From NCBI GenBank assembly GCA_008690995.1, contig VRMN01000001.1, forward strand, positions 1-64,000: a DNA stretch of 64,000 nt, in the 5' to 3' direction. Shown here one piece after another: positions 41,756-53,929 of this stretch. Each line of letters starts with the position of its first letter. The first letter of the stretch is position 1. The DNA is from Porphyridium purpureum. Taxonomy: Eukaryota. The position numbers were made by a program, and so were the translations under genes. The notes beneath the pieces are model-generated. The model searched no databases. It worked only from the letters and a program-made list of their open reading frames with translations, and was not told where the DNA came from.

Positions 41756-44700
41756 ATGCGGCGCCAGCTGCAAGGGCTCGCGTCGCTGCGTGCCGCGTCA
41801 GGCTTGGTGGCACCGCGCGGTCGTGATGATGGTCGTGGCGGTCGGCGGAGACTGTGGAGCGTGCGGCAAGTTGTCGTGGCCGCCTTCTCGGGATCTCCAG
41901 CTGCCATCGGAAGAACGCGGAACGGTGCGGCAGCGGCGATGATGGAGCGCGCCGTGCGGCTGCAAGCTCCCTTTCTCAGGAGCCTCGGCACAGCGCATGG
42001 TCGGCACCGGCCTGCTCGCACCTTTATGTGCTCAGCCAGTAGTCATGGCACCGATGGAACTGTGGCGCCGGAACCACTGGTAAACGCCGCGCCAGCCGGC
42101 CACACTTCAGGAACGGCCGCCAATTCGCGTGAGGCGGATCCGCACTTATCTACAAACCCGTCAGGGCTCGCGGACTGAAGGCGTCGAGTCCAATGCATGC
42201 GGCTTTACGTGACCGAATGCAGGCCGAAGGATTCGAGCTCATGGACGCGGCCTCGTATGCGCTCATGGGCAAAGAGACGCACCCGCTCGAAGCACTCTTC
42301 AACGCCAAGCACATTTTGGTGGTGGGTGCGACGGACCGGCCGGGCACGCTCGGCGCATCAGTAATGCAAAATCTGCTAAAGGACCGCGGTCTCATGAGTG
42401 CGGTGAACACGGCGCCACTTGACGAGACCGGGGAACAAACCCAGCTCAACCATCCAGAGCTCACGCTGGTGGCACACTCGCGACGCACTGTGCACGGCAT
42501 TTCGACGTACGCGAGCGTGGAAGACGCACCCGGTGAGCAGGACCTAGCACTCATTCTTAACCGTGCAGAGCTGGCGGTTCAAGTGGTACGTGACCTGATC
42601 AAACACAAGCCCTCTGTCAGGTGCGCCGTTCTGTACGGGCAAGATTTTGACGAGAGCGATACAGTGTCCGGGAAGAGCTACATCGCACAGATTGACGAGC
42701 TTGTCGCCATGCAGCCGTCGTTACGCCTCCTGGGTCCACACTCTTCGGGAGTACTCAGTACAGCGGCGTCCTCGCGCGCGCCCTTTTCGGCGCTTTTCGC
42801 TCCTATCATTAATGTGCGGCCTGGCGGACTTGCTCTGCTCACCAACTCAGGAGCACTCATGTGTGCATTAATGGATTGGTCAGTGCGCGAGCAATTTGGG
42901 TTTTCTCGCATCGTTTCGCTGGGTCGTATGCGTGATTTGGATTGGAGCGACACCATTGGCTTCTTAGGTAATGATCCAGCGACGCGTGCCATCATCGTGC
43001 ACATGGAAGGCATCGGCGACGTGCGCTCCTTCATATCAGCGGCCCGAGAGGTCGCGCTGCGGAAGCCAATTATTGTGCTCAAGTCGCTTGTATACGCAGA
43101 GACACGTGCCGCGGTACGCTTTCTCTCGGATGAGGAGCACGGTACGAACGCCATCGACAACGACGTCCTGAGTGAGATTTTCCGTCGCACGGGTGTGCTT
43201 CGCGTTTCCAAGATCGATGAGCTGTTTTTATCTGCGCGCGCGCTCGCCACACAGCCGGTTCCGGAGGGGCCGCGGCTGGGCATCGTGACAAACGCAGGCG
43301 GTCCCGGGTTGGTCGCCGTGGACGCTCTGCTGTCCGGCTCGGGAAAGCTCGCCAAGTTATCTTCTACCACATCTGAGTTCCTGGCGCGCGCGCTCCCGCC
43401 GGGCAGCTCGACCAAGTCGCTCGTGGACATTAGCTGGGAAGGTGATGTTGAAAACCCGCACATCTACCACGACGCCGTGAGCGCCGCGCTGCGTGATGAG
43501 AACACGGATGCGGTGCTCGTCGTGTTGTCACCGCAGGCCAACACGCGACCGATCCAGGCGGCGCACGAGGTCGCTGCTCTCGCACCGGAGGCGCAAGCAC
43601 TACACAAGACGCTTCTTGCTAGCTGGATGGGAGGCTCAAATCTGCTGGACGCGCACGCAGTGCTGCGCCGCGCTGGTATCCCCAACTTTGCCTTTGTAGA
43701 TGCTGCTGTTCGTATTTTTAATTACCTTGTCGATTACAAGCTCGCGCTGCGTAATCTTTACGAGGTTCCGGACAGCTCGAGCTCGGCGAACGCGACAGCA
43801 TCTGGCACCGCTGCAGGCCGTGTGACCAAATGGAAGGACGCCGCTGTGCGGTGCCGCAAGACAATTCAACAGATACAGGCTGCAACGCAGCACGGCTCGG
43901 AGATTGAGTTGGGATACGCAGACGCCGCCAAGGTGCTCGGTTCCTACGGTATTCCTTGTTTGCGCACTGCAATCGTTGAGAGCATGGACGAGGCCGTGAT
44001 CATTGCAGCCGAGATGCGCCTGCCGGTCAGTCTTACCATCACACGCGGCGAGCGCGCTGGTGATGGAGCTTCCTCTGGTGCGTTTGGGGCCTTTGCAACG
44101 GGTGGAGAAACGACATACTATTGTGACTCGACCGACGCTATCCGGCGCGTCTTTCGATCCGTCGTCGAGCCAGAGGCAGTACGAATAACTCTCAGCCCTG
44201 CCAGTGGCTGTCTGTCCGAGCCCAATTTCGGATCGCAATCGGGCGGAAGGGGCGCCTTGCCAGCTGCGCCTGGTGGGGCTCGCGCACCGCGCGGCGTGAC
44301 AGTGGCTTTGAAAAAGGCGATCGTGCGAGATGAGGACCGAAGCAACATGGAGCGCAGCATATTTAAGTTGGTCTTGACGTCGCGCATTGAGCCGCATGTT
44401 GGACCGGTGCTGGTCGTCGGCTCGCGTGGCATCTTTTCGCAAGACCGCGCCTTGCTGCTCCCGCCGCTGTCGATTCCGCTGGCGCGTCTGGGCATGGACC
44501 GCACAGCAGTCTACTCGCACATGTGCGATGTCGAATCGCCGAACCGCCACATCCTGGAGAACATTGTGGTTCAGATGTCCCGTTTGGTAACCGAGCAGTG
44601 CGTGCTGTCTTCGCACCTCGAGCTGCACGTGTCGCCTGCGCTTGTTGCTGTCACGGACGCAAGCATGCGAATCTCGCCGGCAGGCGCCCCGCCGCCGCGG

Positions 44701-45438
44701 TGCGCCATCCGTCCGTACCCCACCGAGTATCCGTACTTTTCGCTGTGGCCAGGCGACAGCATGGGAACGGCGCCGGTGATGATGCGCATTATCAGGCCAG
44801 AGGACGAGCCGCTGGTCCGTCGTTTTGTCGAGCAGGTCACTGGTCGGGCAGAGCCAACTGTTCACAGTGAAAGCGATGACTCATGGGTGGGCGACCGCAT
44901 CGCCAACTTGTGTCACTCAGATTATGCCACCAAACTCACGTTGCTTGCGGAGGCGCGCAATCGTGACTCTGGCATGGTCGACATCGTGGCCATGGGTACT
45001 CTCATCATTGACCCGCGCCTGCGCCGCGGCATGGACAGAGACAAAAACGCGCGCAGTGAACCTCAATCACGCGAAGGAACCGAAGCGTCTGGTGCGCGCG
45101 CTACGAATGCACCAGCCAGTGGAACGCAGGCGACGCCGGCCCATGACGCATTACCGTCGCCTTTGGCATCCCAAGTGGCGTCCGTGCCGCCGCAACTGCT
45201 TGAGAAGAACTTTTCAGTGATCGTGCACTCGTCGGATCGCTCACCGGGCCTACGCATTGAACTGCTGCGCCGCATGGTACAGATTGCACGCGAGGAAAGT
45301 ATTCCACGGCTGGTCGGTATCATTTCAGAAGAGAACGGCCTTCTCCTACGCACGTGTAAGATGGTCGGATTCCGGCTCGAGCCCATACCGGGCAGTCATG
45401 GCAAAGTGCGTGTTGAGTTTAGCGTCAAAGCAAAGTGA
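41756..45438 (+). CDS. Bacterial-type Pat/PatZ(YfiQ)-like protein: NDP-forming acyl-CoA synthetase-like domains plus C-terminal GNAT. Main ORF 42193-45438; probable Arg/Ser-rich targeting extension from 41756 in another frame
   Basis: LFNAKHILVVGATDRPG.LG, RLLGPHS.G, NSGAL, GFSRIVSLG, TNAGGPG, AIRPYP, IRPEDEP, IARE..I.RL.G.I..EN......GF. Confidence 0.85.
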
Positions 45439-45450
45439 GAGCGAGCGAGC

Positions 45451-45482
<32 letters not shown>
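45437..45482 (+). repeat. (GA)n microsatellite right after the Pat stop codon
   Basis: gagagcgagcgagcgagagagagagagagagagagagag. Confidence 0.9.
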
Positions 45483-45763
45483 ACGAAACAGAAGAAAACA
45501 TGAAGAAAAGAAAATAAGTATTTCTCATCGGATGTCTTTCTCGTTTAGATGCATGCACGCCACAACGCTTTTGTTTGTTTTGCTGTCTAGCTCGAATCTA
45601 GCAGTTTCCTCCCTGCACTTGTATTACTTGAGGTCTTTTGCTTACCGTGCGCGCCTCCCTTCACGAAAGCGTGCAGCCCGTCAATGGGCTTCATCGCTCA
45701 CTAGATTACTGCCCACGAGCGAAATATCCCGCCGGCGTGCATCATGTACGACCTGAGTTAAGC

Positions 45764-46300
45764 TTACATGGACAGATCACGGAGCTCGTTTGCAAGCACC
45801 GGGCGCGGCAGCGGAACCATGCTGAGACGCTTCGGGTCACGCGACAGCGCTTTGCGCATATCGAGGGCGTCCTCCTCTCCCGAATAATAACCGACGATGC
45901 GCCGGTACACGACGTAGCCCATTTGCTCGTACATGTGGATAGCGACGAGGTTGGACACTCGCACGAACAGGTCCACAAAGAAACATCCGTCGACAGAGTC
46001 GGCTGTTTGCTCGAGCTGGTGCATGAGAGCGCGCGCGTGACCGAGGCGGCGAAACGGTGCGCCCACGGTGACCGCGGACACGTGTCCGTGCCACTCGCGC
46101 GTGCCTTGCTTGCCCTCTGCCTTTCCGATCATGTACGCCATCAGCGTGCGGTCCGTATTCTGCATCACGACCTGGTAGCCCGGCCACATGCTCATGTACT
46201 GCAAGTAGAAGCACAAATTATAGGTCTCCGTGAGCGCGTCCAGATTCACCGAGTTGAACCGCAGCAAGTCGCCGCACCGCAGCCGCCTTTGCGAAGACAT
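45764..46300 (-). CDS. NAA20: N-terminal acetyltransferase B catalytic subunit
   Basis: NLDALTETY..FYLQY...WP, GKAEG, WHGHVSAVTV...RRLG, FFVDLFVRVSN, YYSGEEDALDMRKALSRD. Confidence 0.95.
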   Translation of the reverse strand: MSSQRRLRCGDLLRFNSVNLDALTETYNLCFYLQYMSMWPGYQVVMQNTDRTLMAYMIGKAEGKQGTREWHGHVSAVTVGAPFRRLGHARALMHQLEQTADSVDGCFFVDLFVRVSNLVAIHMYEQMGYVVYRRIVGYYSGEEDALDMRKALSRDPKRLSMVPLPRPVLANELRDLSM

Positions 46301-46683
46301 CGCGGCCAATATCTCCTCGCATGCGTCTGCCGTCGCGCTCAAGAGGGGGTCCGGCTCCGAAACGAGAAAATCGCGTACACGTTTGGTGTGTCTCGCCGCT
46401 GCATCTGAAAAAGTGTGTGCTGTGAAGAAAAAAATTTCTCTTCCTTTTCTGAATGCTCACGTGTTAGGAGTCGTTCGGTCCCGAGACACGCGAAGCAAGG
46501 CGACGTGACGCATCCCCCCGAGCAAGTCGCATGCGGTGCTGGTACCTTTCCCGATGGGTTATATATCTTTATCAAATAGGGCTGGACAACTACGTAATGA
46601 CCTGCTTGCATCAGTTGAATGTAGCCAAGACCTGGCCGCAACGCCGCCAGATGACTTTGCTAGTCTTTACGTGAACGCTCAAT

Positions 46684-48235
46684 CTATGCGGACCGACTGC
46701 ACTTGAAGAGTGCCGTCACATCATCCTTCGGCGACCAGTCGGTCGATGTACATGGGAACTGCATCAGCACGCGCTGGACGGGCGGCAGGAACGGCTCGGC
46801 GGCTTCCTTTCTTTCCTGGGATGCAGGCAACGTTTTCTCAGCACCATCCGCCTCAGCCTCGCCCTGCCCTTTCTTGGGCGATAGGACGGTGGCCGGCTTG
46901 GGGCGCGTCTGTGCGTCGATCTTTTTGAGCTCATCCAGATGCTCGGTTTGCTCGCGAAGCGTTTTCTCGTATTCATCCACAATCTCCTCCATGACCAGCA
47001 CAAACTGGCGTACGCAGTACTTGCCCGTGGCCGGCACGCCCTTGAACTTGGCCTCCTTCGCTCGTTTCCACTGACCCGCGGCCGACTCGTCACGGAATTT
47101 CAAATTGCTCACCACACCATACTGCTTCCGCGCGTCCTTGCGCTTATCCTCGTCGAGAACAGTTCCCACCACCGTCGCCGCACCACCCACCACGCTGCTC
47201 AGATTCATGGCTGCTTTGGGCTTGGTGCCCGTTGCCAGCGCACTGTCGCTGATTTGCTCTGTGCCAACAACATAACAGTTGTAGTCTGACATGTCCGTGA
47301 GCTGCAGTGCCGACACACGCCCGATTGCCGCTTCCGCTGGGTGCGTTGCGGAGCGCGCCATCGCAATGTAGTTTTGCTTGTCGAGGTGCAGCTGCGTAGT
47401 CATTGCCTCATGCTGCTCATCACTCAGTGCCACGGGCTGGCATACCCAAGCCAGCCGAACAAACGAGCGTCGACCCGCCGCCTGCGCACGCTGCAGCGAG
47501 CTCGCATTGTATTTGAGCAGTTCGGATGAAACGTTCGCCCGTGCTTTCTTTAGAGCGATTGCGAGCGTGGTTTTCGCGGCGGCTGAACCGCCCACGCCCG
47601 CTGCCACGTTCGCGCCCACGGACACGCCTATACCGGCGCCAGGCACTGCGTGAAGCGCAATCGCGGCGCCCTTCTGCGCAGTGGCCTGCGCATAGTCAAC
47701 CATGATGGCGTGCTGCAGCGCGCCGATATGCGCCTCGAGAGCGCTCATGACGGGCGCCAGCTCGCCGGTCGCGTCTACGGCTCCGCCCTCGAGCAGCGGC
47801 GCTTGATTGGCGCACATCTTCACGCTGCGCGCGCCGGAGCCTGCCGCGGCGTCCTTGTCTGGCTTGAAGATCATGTAGTAGTCGGCCACCTCGCGCGTGT
47901 GTGCCAAGATCAAGCGCTCGTCCGCTTCGGCGGCTCGCCTGGAACTCGGCGAGTCAGGCGCGGCCGCGGCTACCGCACGACCGCCGGCGGCGACGTGGGT
48001 TTTGCCGGAGACCTGGCGGCCTGCGCGGCGGCTGGCCCACGCGCGCCGTGTGTTTGCGCGGCGACGGGGTCCGGGAGCCCGTCTTGCTGCTCTTCTTGCT
48101 ACTGCCGGACGAGGACGCGCGCCTGTGCCGGCGGTGTCCATGCTGATGCGACGCGTGCGCCTGCCCCGCGGCGTCTGCCTCCTCGCCGCTCACAGCGCCA
48201 ATCACGGCGTGCAACAGGTCCTTCACAATCCCCAT
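46684..48235 (-). CDS. Hypothetical protein; true N-terminus probably MGIVKDLLHAVIG (48235), joined by an apparent frameshift near 48020
   Basis: Long ORF 46684-48141 with natural composition after about residue 45; no family recognised. Confidence 0.6.
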
Positions 48236-48349
48236 GCCGTGCAAGCGCCGCACGCCTGCTTCCGAGACGCGCGTGCGTACGAGCGATATCCGTGCCCGTG
48301 GCCGTGCGCGCGGCAGTCTCCGCACAGCAGGGCGCGCCACGTGCCACAC

Positions 48350-48735
48350 ACCACCACCACCACCACCACCACCCACACGCTCTACATCCTTCCCCCGTCA
48401 CACACACACCCAGCCAGTCACACACACACCCGCGCGCACGCACCGCGTCAGCCGCGCGCACGCGCAGCACCTGCCGACAGTGAACACCCACTGTACCAAA
48501 CTGCCTTACACTGCGCGCCGATTTTCAGGCCGTTTGCGGTTCGCGGTTTGCGGTTTGCGGGTTTCGTTTTTTTCGCGCCACGGCGCAGCGCGTTCGCGCC
48601 AAAAAGGAGGCGACCGAAAAACGCCCGCGCGCGGAGACGCAGTGGCACGGGAGAGGGAGAGAGAGAGAGAGAGTGTGTGTGTGTTAGTCCGGCGGACGGC
48701 GTGTGCGGTGGGGAGTGGTGGTGGTGGTGGTGGCC
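48350..48735. repeat. Microsatellite-rich divergent intergenic region: (CAC)n, (CA)n, (GA)n, (GT)n, (GGT)n
   Basis: Short simple repeats between the divergently transcribed hypothetical gene and POLD1. Confidence 0.75.
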
Positions 48736-48797
48736 TGAGCGCGGCGCAGAGCGCGGGAGCGGCGGCATGCAGCGCGAGCACGCGGGCAGCAAAGCAT

Positions 48798-51700
48798 ATG
48801 GCGTGCGACGCGCGAGAGTGCGAGGAGGACGAGCAGATGATTCGCGACGCGATGGAGCTCGAGCACGAGGTGGAGATGGCGCGTGCGAAGCCGGGGAGCG
48901 TTGCTGCAGCCGGCACGGCACGCCGCCGCGCCGCGCGCGCGGCGTGCCCGCGCCGCCCGTCTGGGCGGATGAGGACGACGACGACGTGGAAGCCCGCGCG
49001 GCGCTCATCCAGGACTGGGCGGGCCACGCCACGCAGCACCCGCAGATGGGCGCGAGTGCGATTGCCGGGAACAAGCGCGTCGTGCCGACGCCGCGCGATG
49101 AGGAAAAGTTCCGGCTCGAGTATGGACGCCGGCGCGTCGAATGGAGCAGCAGCGACCAGCCGCTCGTATTTATGGAGTTAGACACAGACACAGATCCGTT
49201 CTTCGGAAGCAACAGCGGTAGTGGCGGCGCCAGCTCCCCGTGGCAACCGCTGCAAATGTACGGAGTGACCGAGTCCGGCGCCACCGTGCTGTGCCACATC
49301 GACGGCTTTCGGCCGTACCTGTTCGTCCAAGCGCCTGCCCATATGGCCAACCATCAGCAGCTGGATCTGCTCGCGCTACGCGCAGCGTTCAATGCGGCGC
49401 TCGAGCACAGCGTGACAGATGTGGAGATTGTGCGACGCCGCAGCATCATGTTTTTCGTTCCGGGCGACCCAGAGGTGGCGTTTTTCAAGCTCACGTTCCG
49501 CACGCATCGTGAGATGCGCAACGGCATGAACACAATCCGTCGCGGCGTCAGCATCGGCTTCCCCGGGCTCGGCGTATTGCCCTCGCAGACATTTGAAGGC
49601 ACGGTCGACTTTGTGATGCGTTTCATGGTGGATATTGGCGCTGTCGGCTGCGGATGGATCGAGCTGCCTGCGCACAGCTACACGGTGCTGCGCGGCTCGG
49701 CCAAGCGCTCTGCCATGCAAATTGAGGTGCAGATTGACGCCTACAGGATTTTGGCACATAAGCCTTCCGGGCGCTGGCTGCGCGCCGCACCGCTGCGACG
49801 GCTCTCTTTTGATATCGAGTGCGCAGGGCGAAAGGGGGTGTTCCCCGAGCCGGAGCACGACCGCGTGATCCAGATCGCCAACCATGTGCTGGAACACGGC
49901 GCGACGGAGCCCGTCTGCAAGGTGATATTCACGCTGGGCCGCTGCGCTAATGTGCACGGTGCTGATGTGGTGTGCTATGAAACAGAGGAAGAGCTGCTCA
50001 CGGCGTGGTCACATTTTGTGCGCGCATGCGATCCGGATATTCTGACGGGGTACAACATTGTCAATTTCGACTTGCCGTACCTGCTGCGGCGCGCCGAGGT
50101 GCTGCAAGTGTCTGACTTTCCGTACCTTGGCCGAATACTACGAGCGCGCACGCGCATGCGCGCAACCAAGATGAGCTCGTCTGCGTTTGGCACGCACGAG
50201 TCCAAAGAGTTCAGCATGGACGGGCGCGTCATTCTCGACATGCTGCAGATTGTTACGCGCGAGTACAAGCTACGCTCATACACATTGAATTCGGTTTCAG
50301 CCGAGTTCCTGGGCGAGCAGAAGGAAGACGTACACCATAGCATTATTTCGGAGCTGCAGGCCGGCAACGAGCACACGCGTCGTCGGCTTGCCGTATACTG
50401 CCTCAAGGATGCTGCGCTTCCGCAACGCCTGATGGACCGGCTGCTCGCGCTCACCAACTACATGGAGATGGCTCGTGTCACAGGCGTACCTTTGGGCTGG
50501 TTGGTGAGCAAAGGTCATATGATCAAGGTGGTGTCTTTGTTGCATCGCAAGGCTCACGGCGTCCGGTTACTGGTGCCGGACATTGAGCGGCAGGCGCAGG
50601 GTGGTGGTGAAGGCGGTGTGCAATATGAAGGCGCGACGGTTATTGAGCCAGAAAAGGGCTTTTATACCGATCCCATTGCAACGCTTGACTTTGCGTCCCT
50701 GTACCCAAGCATCATGATGGCACACAATCTGTGCTATTCAACACTCCTGCAGCCGCGTGACGTGCGCGCGCTGCCGGAGGCAGACGTTACGCGAACACCG
50801 TCGGGCGACTGCTTTGTCAAGGCGTCGGTCAAGCGCGGCGTGCTATCGGAGATTCTGCACGAGCTACTCACAGCTCGCAAACAGGCCAAGCGCGATCTTG
50901 CGGCTGAGGTCGATCCTTTCATCAAGAGCATGCTCAACGGCCGGCAGCTTGCGCTCAAGATCTCTGCCAACGCGGTGTACGGATTCACCGGCGCCACTGT
51001 TGGCAAGCTGCCCTGCATGGCAATCTCGGCATCCACCACGGCATTCGGGCGCGACATGATCCAGGCCACCAAGCAACAAGTTGAAGCCCGATATCCCGGT
51101 GCGCGGGTGATCTACGGTGACACCGACTCGGTGATGGTCAAATTTGGCGGCGAGCGCAATGTGGACCTGACCGAGGCGATGCGATTAGGAAAGGAAGCTG
51201 CAGAAGCCATCTCGCAATCGTTTCCTCCGCCGGTCAAGCTTGAGTTTGAAAAGTGCTATTATCCGTACTTGTTGATCAACAAGAAGCGCTACGCTGGACT
51301 GCTCTGGACGAATGCACACAAGTATGACAAAATGGACTGCAAGGGCATCGAGTCTGTACGCCGCGACAATTGCCGGCTCGTAGCCAACATGATCAGTATG
51401 GTGCTACACAAGCTGCTGATTGAGAAGGACGTCAATGCAGCCGTCTCGTTTGTACAGAGCACCATCGGAGAGCTGCTGCAGAACAAGGTGGACCTTTCGC
51501 TGCTTGTAGTGAGTAAAGCGCTCACAAAAAGCGAGGGCAAGTATGACTCGAAGCAGGCGCATGTCACGCTGGCAGACAAAATGCGTCGACGTGACGCTGG
51601 TACGGCGCCATCGCTTGGTGACCGCGTGCCATACGTTATCATACGCGGTACGCGCGGACAGGCCGCATACGAGCGGGCGGAGGACCCGCTCTACGCCATG

Positions 51701-52201
51701 CAGCATAATCTGCCCATCGACAATGCATACTATCTCGAAAACATGATCCGCAAGCCGCTGGAGCGCATCTTTGAGGCGTTGTTACCGGACACGTCAGTGC
51801 TCTTCTCCGGGGCGCACACGCGCAAGGTGGTCGTAACCACACCAAGCACATCCACAGGTATCTTAGCCTTTGCCAAGAAGACGAGCACGTGCCTCGGGTG
51901 CCGCGCTCCGATCAAAGGCGTGACTGCTGCGCCCGGCAGCAGCGCGGACCTGCAGCCGGCACTGTGCCGTTCGTGTGCGCCAAAGGAGGCTGAGCACCTT
52001 CTCAAGCAGGTGGCTGAGACACGTGAGCTCGAAGCCTCGTTCAGTAGCCTTTGGACCGAGTGCCAGCGCTGCATGGGTGAACTGTGTCAAGATGTGCTGT
52101 GCTCCAATGGCGACTGCCCAATCTTTTACCGGCGCCACAAGGTGGCCAAGGATCTGGATGCCGCCGCGCAAAGACTCGCGCGCTTTCAGCTCGAATGGTG
52201 A
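48798..52201 (+). CDS. POLD1: DNA polymerase delta catalytic subunit; start uncertain, apparent frameshift at ~48900-48950
   Basis: SFDIEC, GYNIVNFD, YCLKDA, LDFASLYPSIMMAHNLCY, RQLALKISAN.VYGFTGA, YGDTDS, C-terminal CysA/CysB motifs. Confidence 0.97.
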
Positions 52202-52367
52202 CCGTCCAACTTGCGGGCAAAAACTATACATTGGGCTGGCATTAAAGCTTCAAGCGTGGGAATTTGGCGTTTCATACCTCTTCGTTCTTGCTTGTCTTGC
52301 CAAAATTCTTTCTTTCCTTTTCCATTTTCTTGTTCTTCTCCTTCTCGTCCTGGTGTCTTCCCTGGTG

Positions 52368-53810
52368 CTACGGTGGCGTGACGTCATTCGAGTCAACCAG
52401 AACGCGAAAGTCGCGCTCATGTAAGCCGAGCGGAATATACTTCCGACGACGGTAAGCAACTGGGTCGTGGCGCCGCGCGGCCGCACAATCTGCGTAGATG
52501 GCGCGCCGCACGGGCGCGTCTGGCGGCACGTGCGCCAGGTCTGCCACCACACGATTGTATTCCCACTGCCGCTGCTCCAGCATGTGCATGTACCTTCTCG
52601 GCAAGCCCATGTCGCCTTCGCGAAGCTGCTGTTCGCGCTCACGGTCCGCGTGCATCTCGCTCTGCGACGGTAGAACCGCGCGCCCGCTAAAGACTGCCGC
52701 AATCCAGCGCGACTGAAAGTAGAAAAGCGGAAACGGCGCCACCTTCCACGGCAATCCAACAAACGCCACGCTGGGCCGCGGAATGCAAAAGACGTGCTTG
52801 TACAGCGGTGTCACACAGCCCGGCTCCGACTGCCAGTCGACGCCAGCCTCTGGCGAGAGAAAGGGAAAAGCATAGTGGTAGCCTGTGCAAAGCAAAATCG
52901 CGTCCACGTCTTGCATTGCTCCCACATCATCTGCAAAATGCACCGTACGCCAATCAGTCCCATCAACACGCACAATTTCGCGCCGCTCACGTAACCGCAC
53001 CTGCTTTGGGCCTGACCCATACGTAAGAAGCTGAGCCTGTGAGGCGTTCCCTTTACACTTGCGATGGCTCAAAACCACTTCCGCCGCCGGAAATGCCTGC
53101 GCTATTTCAATGGCAATGTCTATGCCCGAGTTGCCAGCGCCCAAAAGCACGACGCGCTTCGGTGCACTTTGCGCGCCGGCGCGCTCGGATCGAAACAGAT
53201 CGTGCGCAGATTTATACGAGTGAGAGTGCATGAGCAAGCCGGCAAAGGACGAGAGGCCCGGAATCTCGGTGTCGCTTGGCATTTTCGGCACCGTGTAGTG
53301 GCCGTTGCACACGACGAGCGCGTCAAATTCCTCGATCTGAGCCTGCGCGACATCCGCGGAGGTTTCCAAAGTGCTCACTGTGCGCAAGCTCCACTTGCCG
53401 CCTGGCAGCGGCCCGGCATATTGCACCGCGGTGTTCAAGCGAACAAGCGGCATCAGGTCGTGCGCGGCCGCATAGTCGAGCAGGTAATGCTGCACGGCGG
53501 TATGCGACGGAAAGGACGAGTCCGGCACGCCGTACTGCTGCGCGCGGAACGGAAAGTCTGGGTACTCCATGACGCAGTCCGGCAGATTCGTGCGGAGGTT
53601 TGTGTACATAGACGAATTGGCGTTGGCGATATCCCACGTGCCGCCGACCTGCGGGGCGGCCTCAAACACCACGGCGCGCAGGCCTTCCTCGCGCAAGTTC
53701 TTCGCCGTCACGAGCCCCGCCGCGCCGGCGCCCACGACGGCTACGCGCCGCACCCCGCCCGCGCGCGTCGGCGCCGCATCTCCATCGCCACATGGCGCTG
53801 CGTCCCCCAT
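52368..53810 (-). CDS. Flavin-containing monooxygenase (FMO GS-OX-like)
   Basis: VVGAGAAGL, GGTW, SSMYTNLRTNLP, CNGHY, F.G..MHSHSYK, GAGNSGIDIA, CTGY. Confidence 0.93.
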   Translation of the reverse strand: MGDAAPCGDGDAAPTRAGGVRRVAVVGAGAAGLVTAKNLREEGLRAVVFEAAPQVGGTWDIANANSSMYTNLRTNLPDCVMEYPDFPFRAQQYGVPDSSFPSHTAVQHYLLDYAAAHDLMPLVRLNTAVQYAGPLPGGKWSLRTVSTLETSADVAQAQIEEFDALVVCNGHYTVPKMPSDTEIPGLSSFAGLLMHSHSYKSAHDLFRSERAGAQSAPKRVVLLGAGNSGIDIAIEIAQAFPAAEVVLSHRKCKGNASQAQLLTYGSGPKQVRLRERREIVRVDGTDWRTVHFADDVGAMQDVDAILLCTGYHYAFPFLSPEAGVDWQSEPGCVTPLYKHVFCIPRPSVAFVGLPWKVAPFPLFYFQSRWIAAVFSGRAVLPSQSEMHADREREQQLREGDMGLPRRYMHMLEQRQWEYNRVVADLAHVPPDAPVRRAIYADCAAARRHDPVAYRRRKYIPLGLHERDFRVLVDSNDVTPP

Positions 53811-53880
53811 CCGCGCCCACACCCTCCACCCTCTCCCAGCCACTCGGTCTTTGCACCCACGCCCCCGCCACCACCAAACA

Positions 53881-53911
53881 AAACCCTACCCTAGGAAACC
53901 CTAACCCTAAC
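53881..53911 (+). repeat. Short telomere-like/telo-box tract (AAACCCTA, AACCCTAACCCTAAC)
   Basis: aaaccctaccctaggaaaccctaaccctaac, upstream of FMO and next to Tc1 copy 2. Confidence 0.7.
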
Positions 53912-53929
53912 TGTACAGTTACAGGTATA

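Noticed and set aside
47897..48797. Long N-terminal extension of POLD1 in the 1434-aa ORF
   Set aside because: It translates microsatellites (poly-T, poly-W, ERER) and overlaps the opposite-strand gene; it is a GC-rich open-frame artefact.
52368..53810. FMO as part of the same biosynthetic cluster as the tri-domain enzyme
   Set aside because: It is 36 kb away, separated by housekeeping genes, and looks like an ordinary FMO.
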